A stretch of 39,507 bases of DNA from Candidatus Faecousia gallistercoris (GCA_018715965.1 DVKP01000202.1:1-39507); one strand, 5' to 3'; shown: positions 16,010 to 25,289, counted from the first letter of the stretch. Program-made: numbers and translations. Notes: generated by a model from the letters alone, not told the origin.

Positions 16010-18133
16010 TTGATTACACACAAAACATTTCCCAATCACCGAGTATTTGAAACGCAAATCGACAATCGCACCTTGACGGTGGAAACCGGAAAGGTCGCCG
16101 AGCTGGCCAATGCCGAGTGCATCTGCCGCTATGGCGATACCGTAGTTCTCACCACCGTTACCGCTTCCCCCGACCCCAAGCCCGGCATCGACTATTTCCC
16201 CCTTACCATTGAATTTGAGGAACGGCTGTACTCTGTCGGCCGGATTCCCGGCTCCTTTAACCGCCGGGAGGGAAAGCCCTCTGAGCGGGGCATTCTGAAC
16301 TCTCGGCTCATTGACCGGCCGATGCGTCCGCTGTTCGATGAGGAATTGCGCAACGATGTGGTGGTAACCTGTACGGTTCTGGCCAATGACTACGACAACC
16401 CCGTGGAAATCGTGGCCTCTCTGGGCGCCTCCATTGCCATTGCCTCCTCCGACGTCCCCTGGAACGGTCCGGTGGCTACCACCAACGTGGCCTATCTAAA
16501 CGGGGAATACCTGGTCAACCCCACGGCAGACGAGCGGGCAGCCGCCAGCTGCTTCGTCACCATTGCCTCCACCTTTGAAAAGGTGGTCATGATTGAAACA
16601 GAAGCCAACGAGGCGCCTGAGGCCATCGTTCTGGAGTGCATTCGCGTCGCCCACGAGACCAACATGGAAATCGTCAAGTTTATCAACGGGATCGTGGCGG
16701 AAATCGGGAAGCCCAAATTTACCTTTGAAAAGGCCGCAGTCAATCACGCCTTGCTGGACGAGCTGTGCGCCTACGGCATGGACCAGATTGAATACGCCCT
16801 GGATACGGACGACAAAAACATCCGGGAAGAGCGGCTCACCGCCGCCCGCCGGGACTTTACAGAAAAGTTTGCCGATAAATACGAGGATTTTGACGTCCAC
16901 ATTGAGGTCTGCCTGTACAAAATGCAGAAAAAAGTGGTCAAAAAGTGGCTCCTGGCAGGGAAACGGGTGGACGGACGCGGCATGGATGAAATTCGCCCCC
17001 TCGCCGCTGAAGTCGGCGTTCTGCCCCGGGTACACGGCTCCGGACTTTTCACCCGCGGCCAAACGCAGGTGCTGTCCATTTGTACCCTGAATACTCTGTC
17101 CGCTGCGCAAAAGCTGGATACGATTTATCCGGAGGAAACCAAGCGGTATATCCATCACTACAATTTCCCCGCTTTCTCCACCGGCGAGGCCAAGGCCGCC
17201 CGCTCCACCTCTCGCCGGGAAATCGGTCACGGTGCGCTGGCGGAAAAGGCGCTTCTGCCCGTCATTCCCTCTGTGGAAGAATTTCCCTATGCCATCCGCG
17301 TGGTGTCGGAGGTTCTGTCCTCCAACGGCTCCACCTCTCAGGGCTCCATCTGCGGTTCAACCCTGGCTCTGATGGACGCCGGCGTGCCCATCAAGCGGCC
17401 TGTGGCCGGCATTTCCTGCGGCCTGATCTCCGATCAGGAAACCGGGCAGTGGAGAACCTTCACGGACATTCAGGGCGTGGAGGACTTCCATGGTGAAATG
17501 GACTTTAAGGTAGCCGGCACCACCGAGGGAATCACGGCCATTCAAATGGACCTGAAGAACAAGGGCCTGACGATGGAAATCATCGCCGATGCCCTGGAGC
17601 GGACCCGGAAGGCCCGGCTGGAAATTCTCAGCGAGGTCATGCTCCCCTGTATTTCCGAGCCTCGGGCCGAGGTGTCCGAATACGCCCCCAAGATGATTTC
17701 CCTGAAGATCCCTGTGGACAAGATTCGGGAAGTGATCGGCTCCGGCGGAAAGACCATTCAGAAAATCTGCACCGATACCGGCGCTAAAATTGACATTGAT
17801 GACGACGGCTCCGTCTTCATTTCCGCCGTGGATTCCGCCGCTGCATATGCCGCCAAAAAGATGGTGGATGATATCTGCTTTGTCCCCGAGGTGGGCAAGC
17901 TGTACTACGGCAAGGTGGTACGCATTCTGCCCATCGGCGCCTTTGTGGAAATCGCACCGGGTCACGACGGCATGGTGCATATCTCCAAGCTGGAAAACTA
18001 TCGGGTGGATAAGGTGGAAGACGTCCTGAAGCTGGGCGATATGACCTGGGTGAAGTTCATGGGCTTTGACGAAAAAGGCCGGGCCAATTTCAGCCGGAAA
18101 GACGCTCTGAAGGAACTGGCACAGAACAAGTAA
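16010..18133 (+). CDS. pnp: Polyribonucleotide nucleotidyltransferase (PNPase)
   Basis: RLIDRPMRPLF, FTRGQTQ, RREIGHG, SNGSTS and MDFKVAG, plus KH and S1 domains. TTG start after AGGAGGT. Confidence 0.97.
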   Translation: MITHKTFPNHRVFETQIDNRTLTVETGKVAELANAECICRYGDTVVLTTVTASPDPKPGIDYFPLTIEFEERLYSVGRIPGSFNRREGKPSERGILNSRLIDRPMRPLFDEELRNDVVVTCTVLANDYDNPVEIVASLGASIAIASSDVPWNGPVATTNVAYLNGEYLVNPTADERAAASCFVTIASTFEKVVMIETEANEAPEAIVLECIRVAHETNMEIVKFINGIVAEIGKPKFTFEKAAVNHALLDELCAYGMDQIEYALDTDDKNIREERLTAARRDFTEKFADKYEDFDVHIEVCLYKMQKKVVKKWLLAGKRVDGRGMDEIRPLAAEVGVLPRVHGSGLFTRGQTQVLSICTLNTLSAAQKLDTIYPEETKRYIHHYNFPAFSTGEAKAARSTSRREIGHGALAEKALLPVIPSVEEFPYAIRVVSEVLSSNGSTSQGSICGSTLALMDAGVPIKRPVAGISCGLISDQETGQWRTFTDIQGVEDFHGEMDFKVAGTTEGITAIQMDLKNKGLTMEIIADALERTRKARLEILSEVMLPCISEPRAEVSEYAPKMISLKIPVDKIREVIGSGGKTIQKICTDTGAKIDIDDDGSVFISAVDSAAAYAAKKMVDDICFVPEVGKLYYGKVVRILPIGAFVEIAPGHDGMVHISKLENYRVDKVEDVLKLGDMTWVKFMGFDEKGRANFSRKDALKELAQNK

Positions 18134-18153
18134 TGCATACACCGACACATGGG

Positions 18154-18184
18154 AAAACCGGGTGGCTGTAGCCGCCCGGTTTTT
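18154..18184 (+). terminator. Terminator after pnp
   Basis: AAAACCGGGTGGCT-GT-AGCCGCCCGGTTTTT. Confidence 0.8.
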
Positions 18185-18335
18185 GGCGTCCCTGTTTCCT
18201 CCGATCTGAGCCGACTCCCAGCCCATTTTCCACGACTCTCCCGCACTCTCCCGGCCCCAATGATTGGCCGGGAGAAAACCGCCGCCCACCGGCCCTTTGG
18301 GATGGTACAGCCACGCAACAGCCGGGTGCCCTTGC

Positions 18336-18364
18336 TTGACAAACATAGGGCAGGCCGGTATAAT
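18336..18364 (+). promoter_or_regulatory. Consensus sigma-A promoter of the adenylation/MBOAT operon
   Basis: Perfect TTGACA-17bp-TATAAT. Confidence 0.85.
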
Positions 18365-18400
18365 TGTCTAAAATGATTCGCCGGATGCGGGGGCAAAGCC

Positions 18401-19924
18401 ATGCTGAAAAATGTACTGGAATATTTGGAACAAACTGTGGAGCAAGTCCCCGACCGGCTTGCATTTGCAGATGAGGCCCACACGCTGACGTTCTCTGAGC
18501 TGTATCAGGCCGGCCGTAGCATCGGTACGGCCCTAGCCCGCCGGACCGCCTGCCATAACCGTCCCATAGTCGTACTGGTTGAGCGATCGGCAATGACCGT
18601 GGCGGCTATGCTGGGCGTGCTGTACAGCGGCAACTTTTATGTCCCGCTGGACAGGCAAATGCCCCGCCAGCGTATGAAGCAGCTGTTGGAGCAGCTCCAG
18701 CCGGAAGCGTTGATTTTTTCTCAGGCGGCAGAGGAGCTGGCGGCAGAATTTTCCCCATTGTGTCCCCTGTTTTTGCTGGAGGAAGCAGTCCATACCGCGC
18801 CGGATTCTGCGCTACTGGCCCTGCGGCGGCAGCGGGTTTTGGATTTGGATCCTGCTTATATGATTTTTACCTCCGGCTCCACCGGGCTGCCGAAGGGGAT
18901 CGTGATTTCCCATCACAGCATCATTGATTTTATGGAATGGTACACGCCCACCATGGGGATTACCGGGCATGACGTGCTGGGCAATCAGGCCCCATTTTGT
19001 TTTGATTTGTCTGTAAAGGACCTGTACACCACCTTAAAAACCGGGGCCACCACTTGGATCATCCCCAAAACGTGCTTTTCCTTTCCCCTGCTCCTGATCC
19101 GGTTTTTAAATCAGCATCACGTAACCACCCTCTCTTGGGCGACGTCCGCGTTTCACTTGGTGGCGAATTCCGGCGTCCTGGAAAAAGAAGTACCGGAGCG
19201 CTTACGTATGGTCATACTGGGCGGCGAGGTGCTGCAAGCCAAGCAGCTAAACCGCTGGCGTCGGGCGCTGCCTCAGGTGCAATATGTGAATTTATACGGC
19301 CCCACTGAGGTGACCGTCGATTGCACCTATTATTTCATCGACCGGGAGTTCGACGACACGGAGACGATCCCAATCGGAAAAGCGTGCGGGAATATGGACG
19401 TTTTTTTGTTGGATACCGACAAAAATCCCGTGCCGCAAGGTACCCCCGGCGAACTGTGCGTCCGGGGCAGCGGTTTGGCCCTCGGATATTACGGCGATTG
19501 GGAGCGAACTGCCGGCGCGTTCCTCCAAAATCCGAAAAATCCGTGGTACCTTGACCGGATCTACCGAACGGGCGATCTGGCAGTTGAGGATGCCGCCGGC
19601 AATTTCTGTTTCATCGGCCGGAAAGACCATCAGATCAAACACGGTGGATACCGGATTGAACTGGGGGAAATCGAAGCCGCTTTAAACGGCCTGCCGAAAT
19701 TGGACGCCGCAGTATGCCTGTATGACCGGGAGCGGGATAAAATCATCTGCATCTACCAAGGTGCATGCTCCGGCGAAGAGATTGCCCGGACTCTGCTGGA
19801 AATGCTACCTAAATATATGTTGCCGAACCTTTACCACCAAATCCGGCAGATGCCGTATAACAGGAACGGTAAAATCGACCGGGCACAACTGAAAAGGGAA
19901 TACGATGGAACAAATTCAGAATGA
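18401..19924 (+). CDS. Stand-alone amino acid adenylation enzyme (DltA-like / NRPS A domain)
   Basis: YMIFTSGSTGLPKG, FDLSV, NLYGPTE, GELCVRG, YRTGDL, GRKDHQIK-GYRIELGEIE, LPKYMLP and NGKIDR. Confidence 0.93.
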   Translation: MLKNVLEYLEQTVEQVPDRLAFADEAHTLTFSELYQAGRSIGTALARRTACHNRPIVVLVERSAMTVAAMLGVLYSGNFYVPLDRQMPRQRMKQLLEQLQPEALIFSQAAEELAAEFSPLCPLFLLEEAVHTAPDSALLALRRQRVLDLDPAYMIFTSGSTGLPKGIVISHHSIIDFMEWYTPTMGITGHDVLGNQAPFCFDLSVKDLYTTLKTGATTWIIPKTCFSFPLLLIRFLNQHHVTTLSWATSAFHLVANSGVLEKEVPERLRMVILGGEVLQAKQLNRWRRALPQVQYVNLYGPTEVTVDCTYYFIDREFDDTETIPIGKACGNMDVFLLDTDKNPVPQGTPGELCVRGSGLALGYYGDWERTAGAFLQNPKNPWYLDRIYRTGDLAVEDAAGNFCFIGRKDHQIKHGGYRIELGEIEAALNGLPKLDAAVCLYDRERDKIICIYQGACSGEEIARTLLEMLPKYMLPNLYHQIRQMPYNRNGKIDRAQLKREYDGTNSE

Positions 19925-20684
19925 AGAAGCCCTGTCCGCCCTCCTCTGGAACCAGCTGAAGCCGGGGGTTGCAACCAACGCCCCCTGGAGGCCGGATGCC
20001 TATCTCCACGAAATTCAGGCAGGCCGCTTGTACGCCCATGTCTGGTCCGGGGGCTTGCTGCTCCTGCAGCAACGAAATGGATTTCAGCGGTTGCGCTTTT
20101 TTCTGCAACCCGGCGGCAGCCTGCCGGACTGGCGTCCAGAGCTGCCCACTGTCTTGGAGATTGCGTCCCGGCCCCAGGACGCCGCTTTGGCAGCCGCCCA
20201 ACAGGCTTGGCAGCGCTATGGCTTTCCGCTTTTGTTTTCCCGCCTGCGGATGACCCGGCCGCCCGGTGGGACCGCTGTGTCCGGAAGTCCCGCTTTTCCC
20301 GTGCGGACCGCCGGGCCGGAGGATCTGCCTCAGGTACAGGCGCTTCTTCTGGCGTGCTTTGATGTGCGAACCGGTTGTCTGCCCACGGCTTGGGAGTTGA
20401 AAGAAGACCTGCCGGCAGGCCGCGTGCTCCTGGGGGGCAGCGGCCAAGCCGTCCTGCATCAGGCGCCTGCGGCCGGGGGGACCGAGCTGCGGCATCTGGC
20501 CGTTTCACCCCTGCTCCGGCGGCAAGGCGCCGCCCAAAGTCTAATCACCGCTTACCTCCGTCAGGAAGGCCATCGAATCAGCCGGGTGTGGGTCCGGCAG
20601 GACAATGAGGCTGCCCTCGCGCTTTACCATAAAAACGGATATCGTCCGGACAGCTGGACCTCCAGGGTCTACTGCCTGGACTGA
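19905..20684 (+). CDS. GNAT-family N-acyltransferase
   Basis: LAVSPLLRRQGAA (motif A) and NEAALALYHKNGY (motif B). Overlaps the end of the A-domain gene. Confidence 0.85.
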   Translation: MEQIQNEEALSALLWNQLKPGVATNAPWRPDAYLHEIQAGRLYAHVWSGGLLLLQQRNGFQRLRFFLQPGGSLPDWRPELPTVLEIASRPQDAALAAAQQAWQRYGFPLLFSRLRMTRPPGGTAVSGSPAFPVRTAGPEDLPQVQALLLACFDVRTGCLPTAWELKEDLPAGRVLLGGSGQAVLHQAPAAGGTELRHLAVSPLLRRQGAAQSLITAYLRQEGHRISRVWVRQDNEAALALYHKNGYRPDSWTSRVYCLD

Positions 20685-20703
20685 AACAGAAAGGACGTTC
20701 TCT

Positions 20704-20934
20704 ATGCATGATGAAACAAAACTGCTGCAGATTTTAACGGAAACCTGTCCCGGCGTGGATTTTACCAAGGAGACGGCTCTGGTGGACGACGGTTTTCTGG
20801 AGTCGCTGGACCTGGTAACCATTGTGTCGGAAATCATGGCCACGTTTGACATTGAATTGAACGTAGACGATCTGCTTCCGGAAAATTTCAATTCGGTGCC
20901 GGCCATGCTCCGTTTGATCCAGAGCCGAAAATAA
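20704..20934 (+). CDS. Acyl/aminoacyl carrier protein (DltC-like)
   Basis: 76-aa acidic protein with LVDDGFLESLDLV (Ppant Ser) and PENFNSV. GAAAGGA RBS. Confidence 0.9.
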   Translation: MHDETKLLQILTETCPGVDFTKETALVDDGFLESLDLVTIVSEIMATFDIELNVDDLLPENFNSVPAMLRLIQSRK

Positions 20935-20938
20935 TCCC

Positions 20939-22501
20939 ATGTCTTTTACGTCTGCAGAATTTATCGGCTTTCTCCTGCTGACCCTGGCAGCATACTACCT
21001 CCTGCCCCGGCGCTTTCAGTGGATCGTCCTGCTGGTCGCCAGTTATGGCTTTTATCTTTGCGGCGGCGTGGGCGCACTGGGATATTTGCTGTTTACCACG
21101 TTAACCACCTATGGAGCCGGTCTCTGGTTGGGGAAGCTCAACCTCCGGCGGCAGGCCTTGCCGCCGGAGGCGCGTCCTGCTGCCAACGCCCTGAAACGGC
21201 GTAAGCAGCTGATTGTCGCGCTGGTCACCGTGATCAACTTCGGACTGCTTTATGTGGTCAAATACTGGGACTTTACAGCAGACGCCGTGGCCAGCTTTTC
21301 CGGGAGCCGGCTCCAGCTTCCCAGATTGGACTTGCTGATGCCGCTGGGTCTGTCCTTTTATATGTTTCAGAGCATCGGCTATGTGATCGATTGCTATCGG
21401 GGAAAATACCCTCCCCAGCGAAATGTGGCAAAGTTTGCGCTGTTCACCTCCTTTTTCCCTCAGATGATCCAGGGACCCATCAGCCGCTACGGTCAGCTGG
21501 GCAACCAATTGACCGCCCAGCACCCCTTTGACGCGGACAATCTGAAATACGGGATTCAACTGGCCATGTGGGGATATTTGAAAAAGCTGGTCATTGCAGA
21601 CCGGGCGGCCGTGGCAGTCAATACCGTTTTCGACAACCCGTCCGGTTACGGCGGCGCCATGACCGCCTTGGCCGTGGGCTTCTATTGCATTCAGCTCTAC
21701 TGCGACTTTTCCGGCGGCATCGACATCACCCGGGGCGTCGCGCAGATGCTGGGCATTCACCTGGAGGAAAATTTCCGCCGTCCCATTTTTGCCGCCAGCC
21801 TGAGCGAGTATTGGCGGCGCTGGCACATGACTCTGGGCAGTTGGATGAAGGATTATCTGTTTTATCCCCTCTCCCTGTCCAAGCCCTTTGGACGGCTGGG
21901 AAAATTCACCCGGAAAAAAATCGGCGGCAAGCTGGGAAAGATCCTCCCCACTTCCCTGGCAACCTTTATCGTTTACTTTGTCATCGGAATCTGGCACGGC
22001 GCCAATTTTCGTTACATCGCCTTTGGCCTTTGGAACGGTGTCCTCATTACCGGGTCCTTGCTGCTGGCCAATTCATGGATCGCGCTGCGCAATGCGCTGC
22101 ACATCTCCGACTCCAGCCGTGGCTTGCAGGTGTTCCGGGTCCTGCGGACCATGGCGCTGGTATTCATCGGACGCTATCTAACCCGAGCGCCCCGGCTTTT
22201 GACGGCACTGTCCATGCTGTGGACCACCTTAACCAAGCCCTGCCTGTACCAGGTCGCCGACGGCACCATTTTGCGCCTTGGGCTCCAGGTGAGTGATCTG
22301 GTGATCATTTTAGCCGGGACTGTGTCGGTACTGGCAGTCGAATGCTACCAGGAACGGGGCGGGCAAGTCCGGAAAGCCCTGGAGCGGCGTGGTTTTGGGA
22401 TCCAGTGGCTCTGTATTCTCCTTCCGCTGGTCATCCTGCTTCTCTTTGGAATTTTGCGGGGTGGGTACATCGCCTCGGAATTCATTTACAAGCAATTTTG
22501 A
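20939..22501 (+). CDS. MBOAT O-acyltransferase (DltB/AlgI/PatA-like)
   Basis: PLGLSFYMFQ, FFPQMIQGPI, LYCDFSG, EYWRRWHMTL and GIWHG (catalytic His). The C-terminus is FIYKQF. Confidence 0.95.
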   Translation: MSFTSAEFIGFLLLTLAAYYLLPRRFQWIVLLVASYGFYLCGGVGALGYLLFTTLTTYGAGLWLGKLNLRRQALPPEARPAANALKRRKQLIVALVTVINFGLLYVVKYWDFTADAVASFSGSRLQLPRLDLLMPLGLSFYMFQSIGYVIDCYRGKYPPQRNVAKFALFTSFFPQMIQGPISRYGQLGNQLTAQHPFDADNLKYGIQLAMWGYLKKLVIADRAAVAVNTVFDNPSGYGGAMTALAVGFYCIQLYCDFSGGIDITRGVAQMLGIHLEENFRRPIFAASLSEYWRRWHMTLGSWMKDYLFYPLSLSKPFGRLGKFTRKKIGGKLGKILPTSLATFIVYFVIGIWHGANFRYIAFGLWNGVLITGSLLLANSWIALRNALHISDSSRGLQVFRVLRTMALVFIGRYLTRAPRLLTALSMLWTTLTKPCLYQVADGTILRLGLQVSDLVIILAGTVSVLAVECYQERGGQVRKALERRGFGIQWLCILLPLVILLLFGILRGGYIASEFIYKQF

Positions 22502-22515
22502 ACGGAGGGAATTCC

Positions 22516-24348
22516 ATGTCATCCAAACGCCCCGTGTCATCTAAAAAATGGCTGGCAGCCTTTTTCGGTACCGTCCTTTTGCTGGCCGTTCTGGTCATGG
22601 GCTTCAACTTTTGGACGGATCCCTTCGGCGCATTTGGCGACCATTTTTTTCAGTGGTGGAGCTATGACGAGACGATGAATCCCAGGGTGGCGAAGATTTC
22701 GTATCTGGATCAACATCACGACCAGTATGACTCTTATATCATCGGCGCTTCCTCCTCCAGCTCCTTTCCCACCGAGCAGCTCAACACATATTTCGACGCC
22801 AACTTCTACAATCTGGTGATGTACGGCGCGGACATGCTGGACGTGGAGCAGACCTGTCAATATCTGGTGGACCATTACACCGTCAAAAACCTGGTTGTCA
22901 GCGTGTACATCCACAATGCTCAGGTCTATCACGTGGAGCAGGACCCTTTGACGTATAATCTCCATTGGAAAGTCGACGGCAGCTCCCCGCTTCTCTTCTA
23001 CGCCAAATACCTGCTCTCCAATCCCCGCAACGGCTGGACCAAGCTGCAGCGGCTGCAAACGGATCCTTACCTGCAGCAGTCCTACCGGGTCTTTGATCAG
23101 CAGACCGGCGCCTATGACAAGAGCCGCCGGGATGTGGAGCCCATCGGCGACCTGGAGAGTTACCTGGCCAAAAGCAGCTACGCCGTCTTTTCCAACTACC
23201 CAGAGGGCAGCGCCGATCTTCCCTACCTGGAAGACTGTATGCAGAGCATCGCCAGAATTCGGGACCTGTGCCGGGAGCAAGGCGTAAATTTAACCGTAGT
23301 ATGTCCGCCTATGTACTATGCCTACCTGGAATACTACTCCCCGGAAGACCAGGCCGCCTTCCGGGATGCGTTGGCCGAGGTGACCCCATATTGGGATTTT
23401 ACTCTAAGCTCTGCCAGCTATGAGCCCCGGTATTTCTACGACGATACCCATTTTCGCAACTGCCTGGGTGAGATGGCTCTGGCCCGAATGTTTGGGGACA
23501 GCAGCGTTTATGTGCCGGAAGACTTCGGCGAGTACGTCAGCCAGGCTCCCGCCGGCGCGCAGGAGGCTTCCCCTGCCGCCGCCGAAGCCTACAGCGCCCA
23601 GGTTCCAATTTTGATGTACCATAACCTGGCCCAGGAGGGCTCCGGGAACGACACCATCTCCGTCCAGCGCTTCGAAGAACACCTGGCCGCCCTGCAGGAC
23701 GCCGGGTACACAACCATAACCTTCCAGGATCTGCTGGCCTACGTGGAACAGGGCACAGAGCTGCCGGAAAAGCCGGTTTTGCTCACCTTCGACGACGGCT
23801 ATGAAAGCAATTACACCCTGGCATATCCCCTGCTGCAGCAATACCAAATGAAGGCAACCATTTTTGTCATCGGCGTCTCTATGGGAAAAGACACCTATAA
23901 GGACACCGGGCAGGCCATGATCCCCCATTTCACACAGGAGCAAGCCGCGGAAATGGAGGCATCCGGGCTCGTCGCCATAGAAAGCCACGGCTACGACATG
24001 CACGAGGTCCAGGGCAGAGATCCGGAGCCCATCCGTGTGGGCATCCTACCTCGGGAGGACGAATCCGAATGGGACTACGCAGCTTTTTTGCAGGAGGATT
24101 GCCAAGCCATGACGGATTTACTGGGCAAAACGCCCGGCGTCTTGGCCTACCCCTACGGCTATGCATCTGAGCTGAGCGAGGTCGTCTTACATGAAATGGG
24201 CATATACGCAACGGTGACCATTGAGGAGAAAATCAACACGATTGTCAAAGGCTTGCCCCAGAGCCTGCGCCAAATGGGCAGGTTCTATATGACGGAGGCC
24301 ATATCCGCTCCGGAATTGCTGTCTATGCTGTCCGGCGGAGCGGAATAG
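22516..24348 (+). CDS. Membrane-anchored fusion of an SGNH/DltD-like domain and a CE4 polysaccharide deacetylase domain
   Basis: N-terminal TM ending in DPFG; IIGASS and YDDTHF (DxxH); an Ala-rich linker; then VPILMYH, LTFDDGY, ESHGYDMH and AYPYG. Confidence 0.82.
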   Translation: MSSKRPVSSKKWLAAFFGTVLLLAVLVMGFNFWTDPFGAFGDHFFQWWSYDETMNPRVAKISYLDQHHDQYDSYIIGASSSSSFPTEQLNTYFDANFYNLVMYGADMLDVEQTCQYLVDHYTVKNLVVSVYIHNAQVYHVEQDPLTYNLHWKVDGSSPLLFYAKYLLSNPRNGWTKLQRLQTDPYLQQSYRVFDQQTGAYDKSRRDVEPIGDLESYLAKSSYAVFSNYPEGSADLPYLEDCMQSIARIRDLCREQGVNLTVVCPPMYYAYLEYYSPEDQAAFRDALAEVTPYWDFTLSSASYEPRYFYDDTHFRNCLGEMALARMFGDSSVYVPEDFGEYVSQAPAGAQEASPAAAEAYSAQVPILMYHNLAQEGSGNDTISVQRFEEHLAALQDAGYTTITFQDLLAYVEQGTELPEKPVLLTFDDGYESNYTLAYPLLQQYQMKATIFVIGVSMGKDTYKDTGQAMIPHFTQEQAAEMEASGLVAIESHGYDMHEVQGRDPEPIRVGILPREDESEWDYAAFLQEDCQAMTDLLGKTPGVLAYPYGYASELSEVVLHEMGIYATVTIEEKINTIVKGLPQSLRQMGRFYMTEAISAPELLSMLSGGAE

Positions 24349-24376
24349 CTGTTGCGCAACTGCCGGAAACTGCCTC

Positions 24377-24405
24377 TTGACCTTCCGCGTTTTTTCCTGT
24401 ATGAT
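24377..24405 (+). promoter_or_regulatory. Sigma-A promoter of queT
   Basis: TTGACC-17bp-TATGAT. Confidence 0.7.
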
Positions 24406-24425
24406 GGAAGCCGAATTACATAAAG

Positions 24426-24463
24426 GACAGTTCGTGACCATCCTGTCGATAAACAAAACTATG
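24426..24463 (+). ncRNA. preQ1 class I riboswitch aptamer
   Basis: P1 GACAG/CTGTC, loop TTCGTGACCATC and A-rich tail ATAAACAAAACTA, upstream of queT. Confidence 0.85.
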
Positions 24464-24561
24464 GAATGTCTCCGGTATGCCGGAAACCAGATGGGCGCCA
24501 TGGCGCCCATTTTCCTTTGGGATGGGTCTGTTCTGCCCATCTCATTTTTGGGAGGAAGTTT

Positions 24562-25095
24562 ATGATGTCCAAACACACAAAAAATCTGGTTTACGGCGGC
24601 GTTCTGGCGGCGCTGTACGTCGCGCTCACCTATGCACAAAACCTGCTCTGGCCCGGCTCCACCACCATGGCCATTCAGATGCGGCTGTCGGAGGCCCTGT
24701 GCATTTTTGCCTTCTTTACCCCGGCCGCCATTCCGGGCCTCACACTGGGATGTCTGTTATACAACGTCAGCTGGGCCCAGGCGCTGCCTCTGGACTGGCT
24801 GGTAGGAAGCCTGGCCACACTGCTGGCCACCGCCTGTATGTGGGCGCTCCGGAAGGTACGGATCAAAAAATGCCCCTTCCTGGGCCTTTTGATGCCCGCT
24901 GTCTGGAACGCGCCCCTGGTGGGCTGGGAATTGGCTGCCTACCTGGGAGAGGGCGGCTTCACCTGGCCGGTGTTCGGGCTAAATGCATTGTATGTCTTCT
25001 TGGGAGAAGCGATCGTCCTTCTGGTCCTGGGTACAATTTTGTATTATGCCCTCACGGCGCGAAAGCTGGATCAGCGCCTCTTTTCCCCATCATAA
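24562..25095 (+). CDS. queT: Queuosine precursor transporter QueT
   Basis: AALYVALT, IQMRLSEAL, GLTLGC and GSLATL motifs; multi-TM; preQ1 riboswitch upstream. Confidence 0.9.
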   Translation: MMSKHTKNLVYGGVLAALYVALTYAQNLLWPGSTTMAIQMRLSEALCIFAFFTPAAIPGLTLGCLLYNVSWAQALPLDWLVGSLATLLATACMWALRKVRIKKCPFLGLLMPAVWNAPLVGWELAAYLGEGGFTWPVFGLNALYVFLGEAIVLLVLGTILYYALTARKLDQRLFSPS

Positions 25096-25099
25096 TAGC

Positions 25100-25143
25100 A
25101 AAAACGCGGCAGCCGGTTCACAGAACCGCTGCCGCAAATTTTA
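25100..25143. terminator. Probable bidirectional terminator between queT and the HAD gene
   Basis: GCGGCAGC-CGGTTC...GAACC-GCTGCCGC hairpin flanked by A and T runs. Confidence 0.6.
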
Positions 25144-25289
25144 TGAGCAAGACACCCAGGTCCAGTATCAGTCGATACCGCTTCCGGCGGAGCTGGGCGG
25201 AGACAGAAGACGCGCCCAGCTAATACCGGCAGACCTGCTGCACCTGGCCCGGTGTCAGTGGACAATACAGGTGGGAAGCTCATTGACCC

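Noticed and set aside
18185-18335. Hairpin TCTCCCGGCC...GGCCGGGAGA and short ACTCTCCCG repeats upstream of the operon
   Set aside because: They lie upstream of the promoter, match no RNA family I recognise, and have no second copy in the window.
18401-24348. Calling the cluster a canonical dltABCD operon or a true NRPS
   Set aside because: Pocket residues differ from DltA, extra GNAT and CE4 modules are present, and there is no condensation or thioesterase domain, so dlt gene symbols were withheld.
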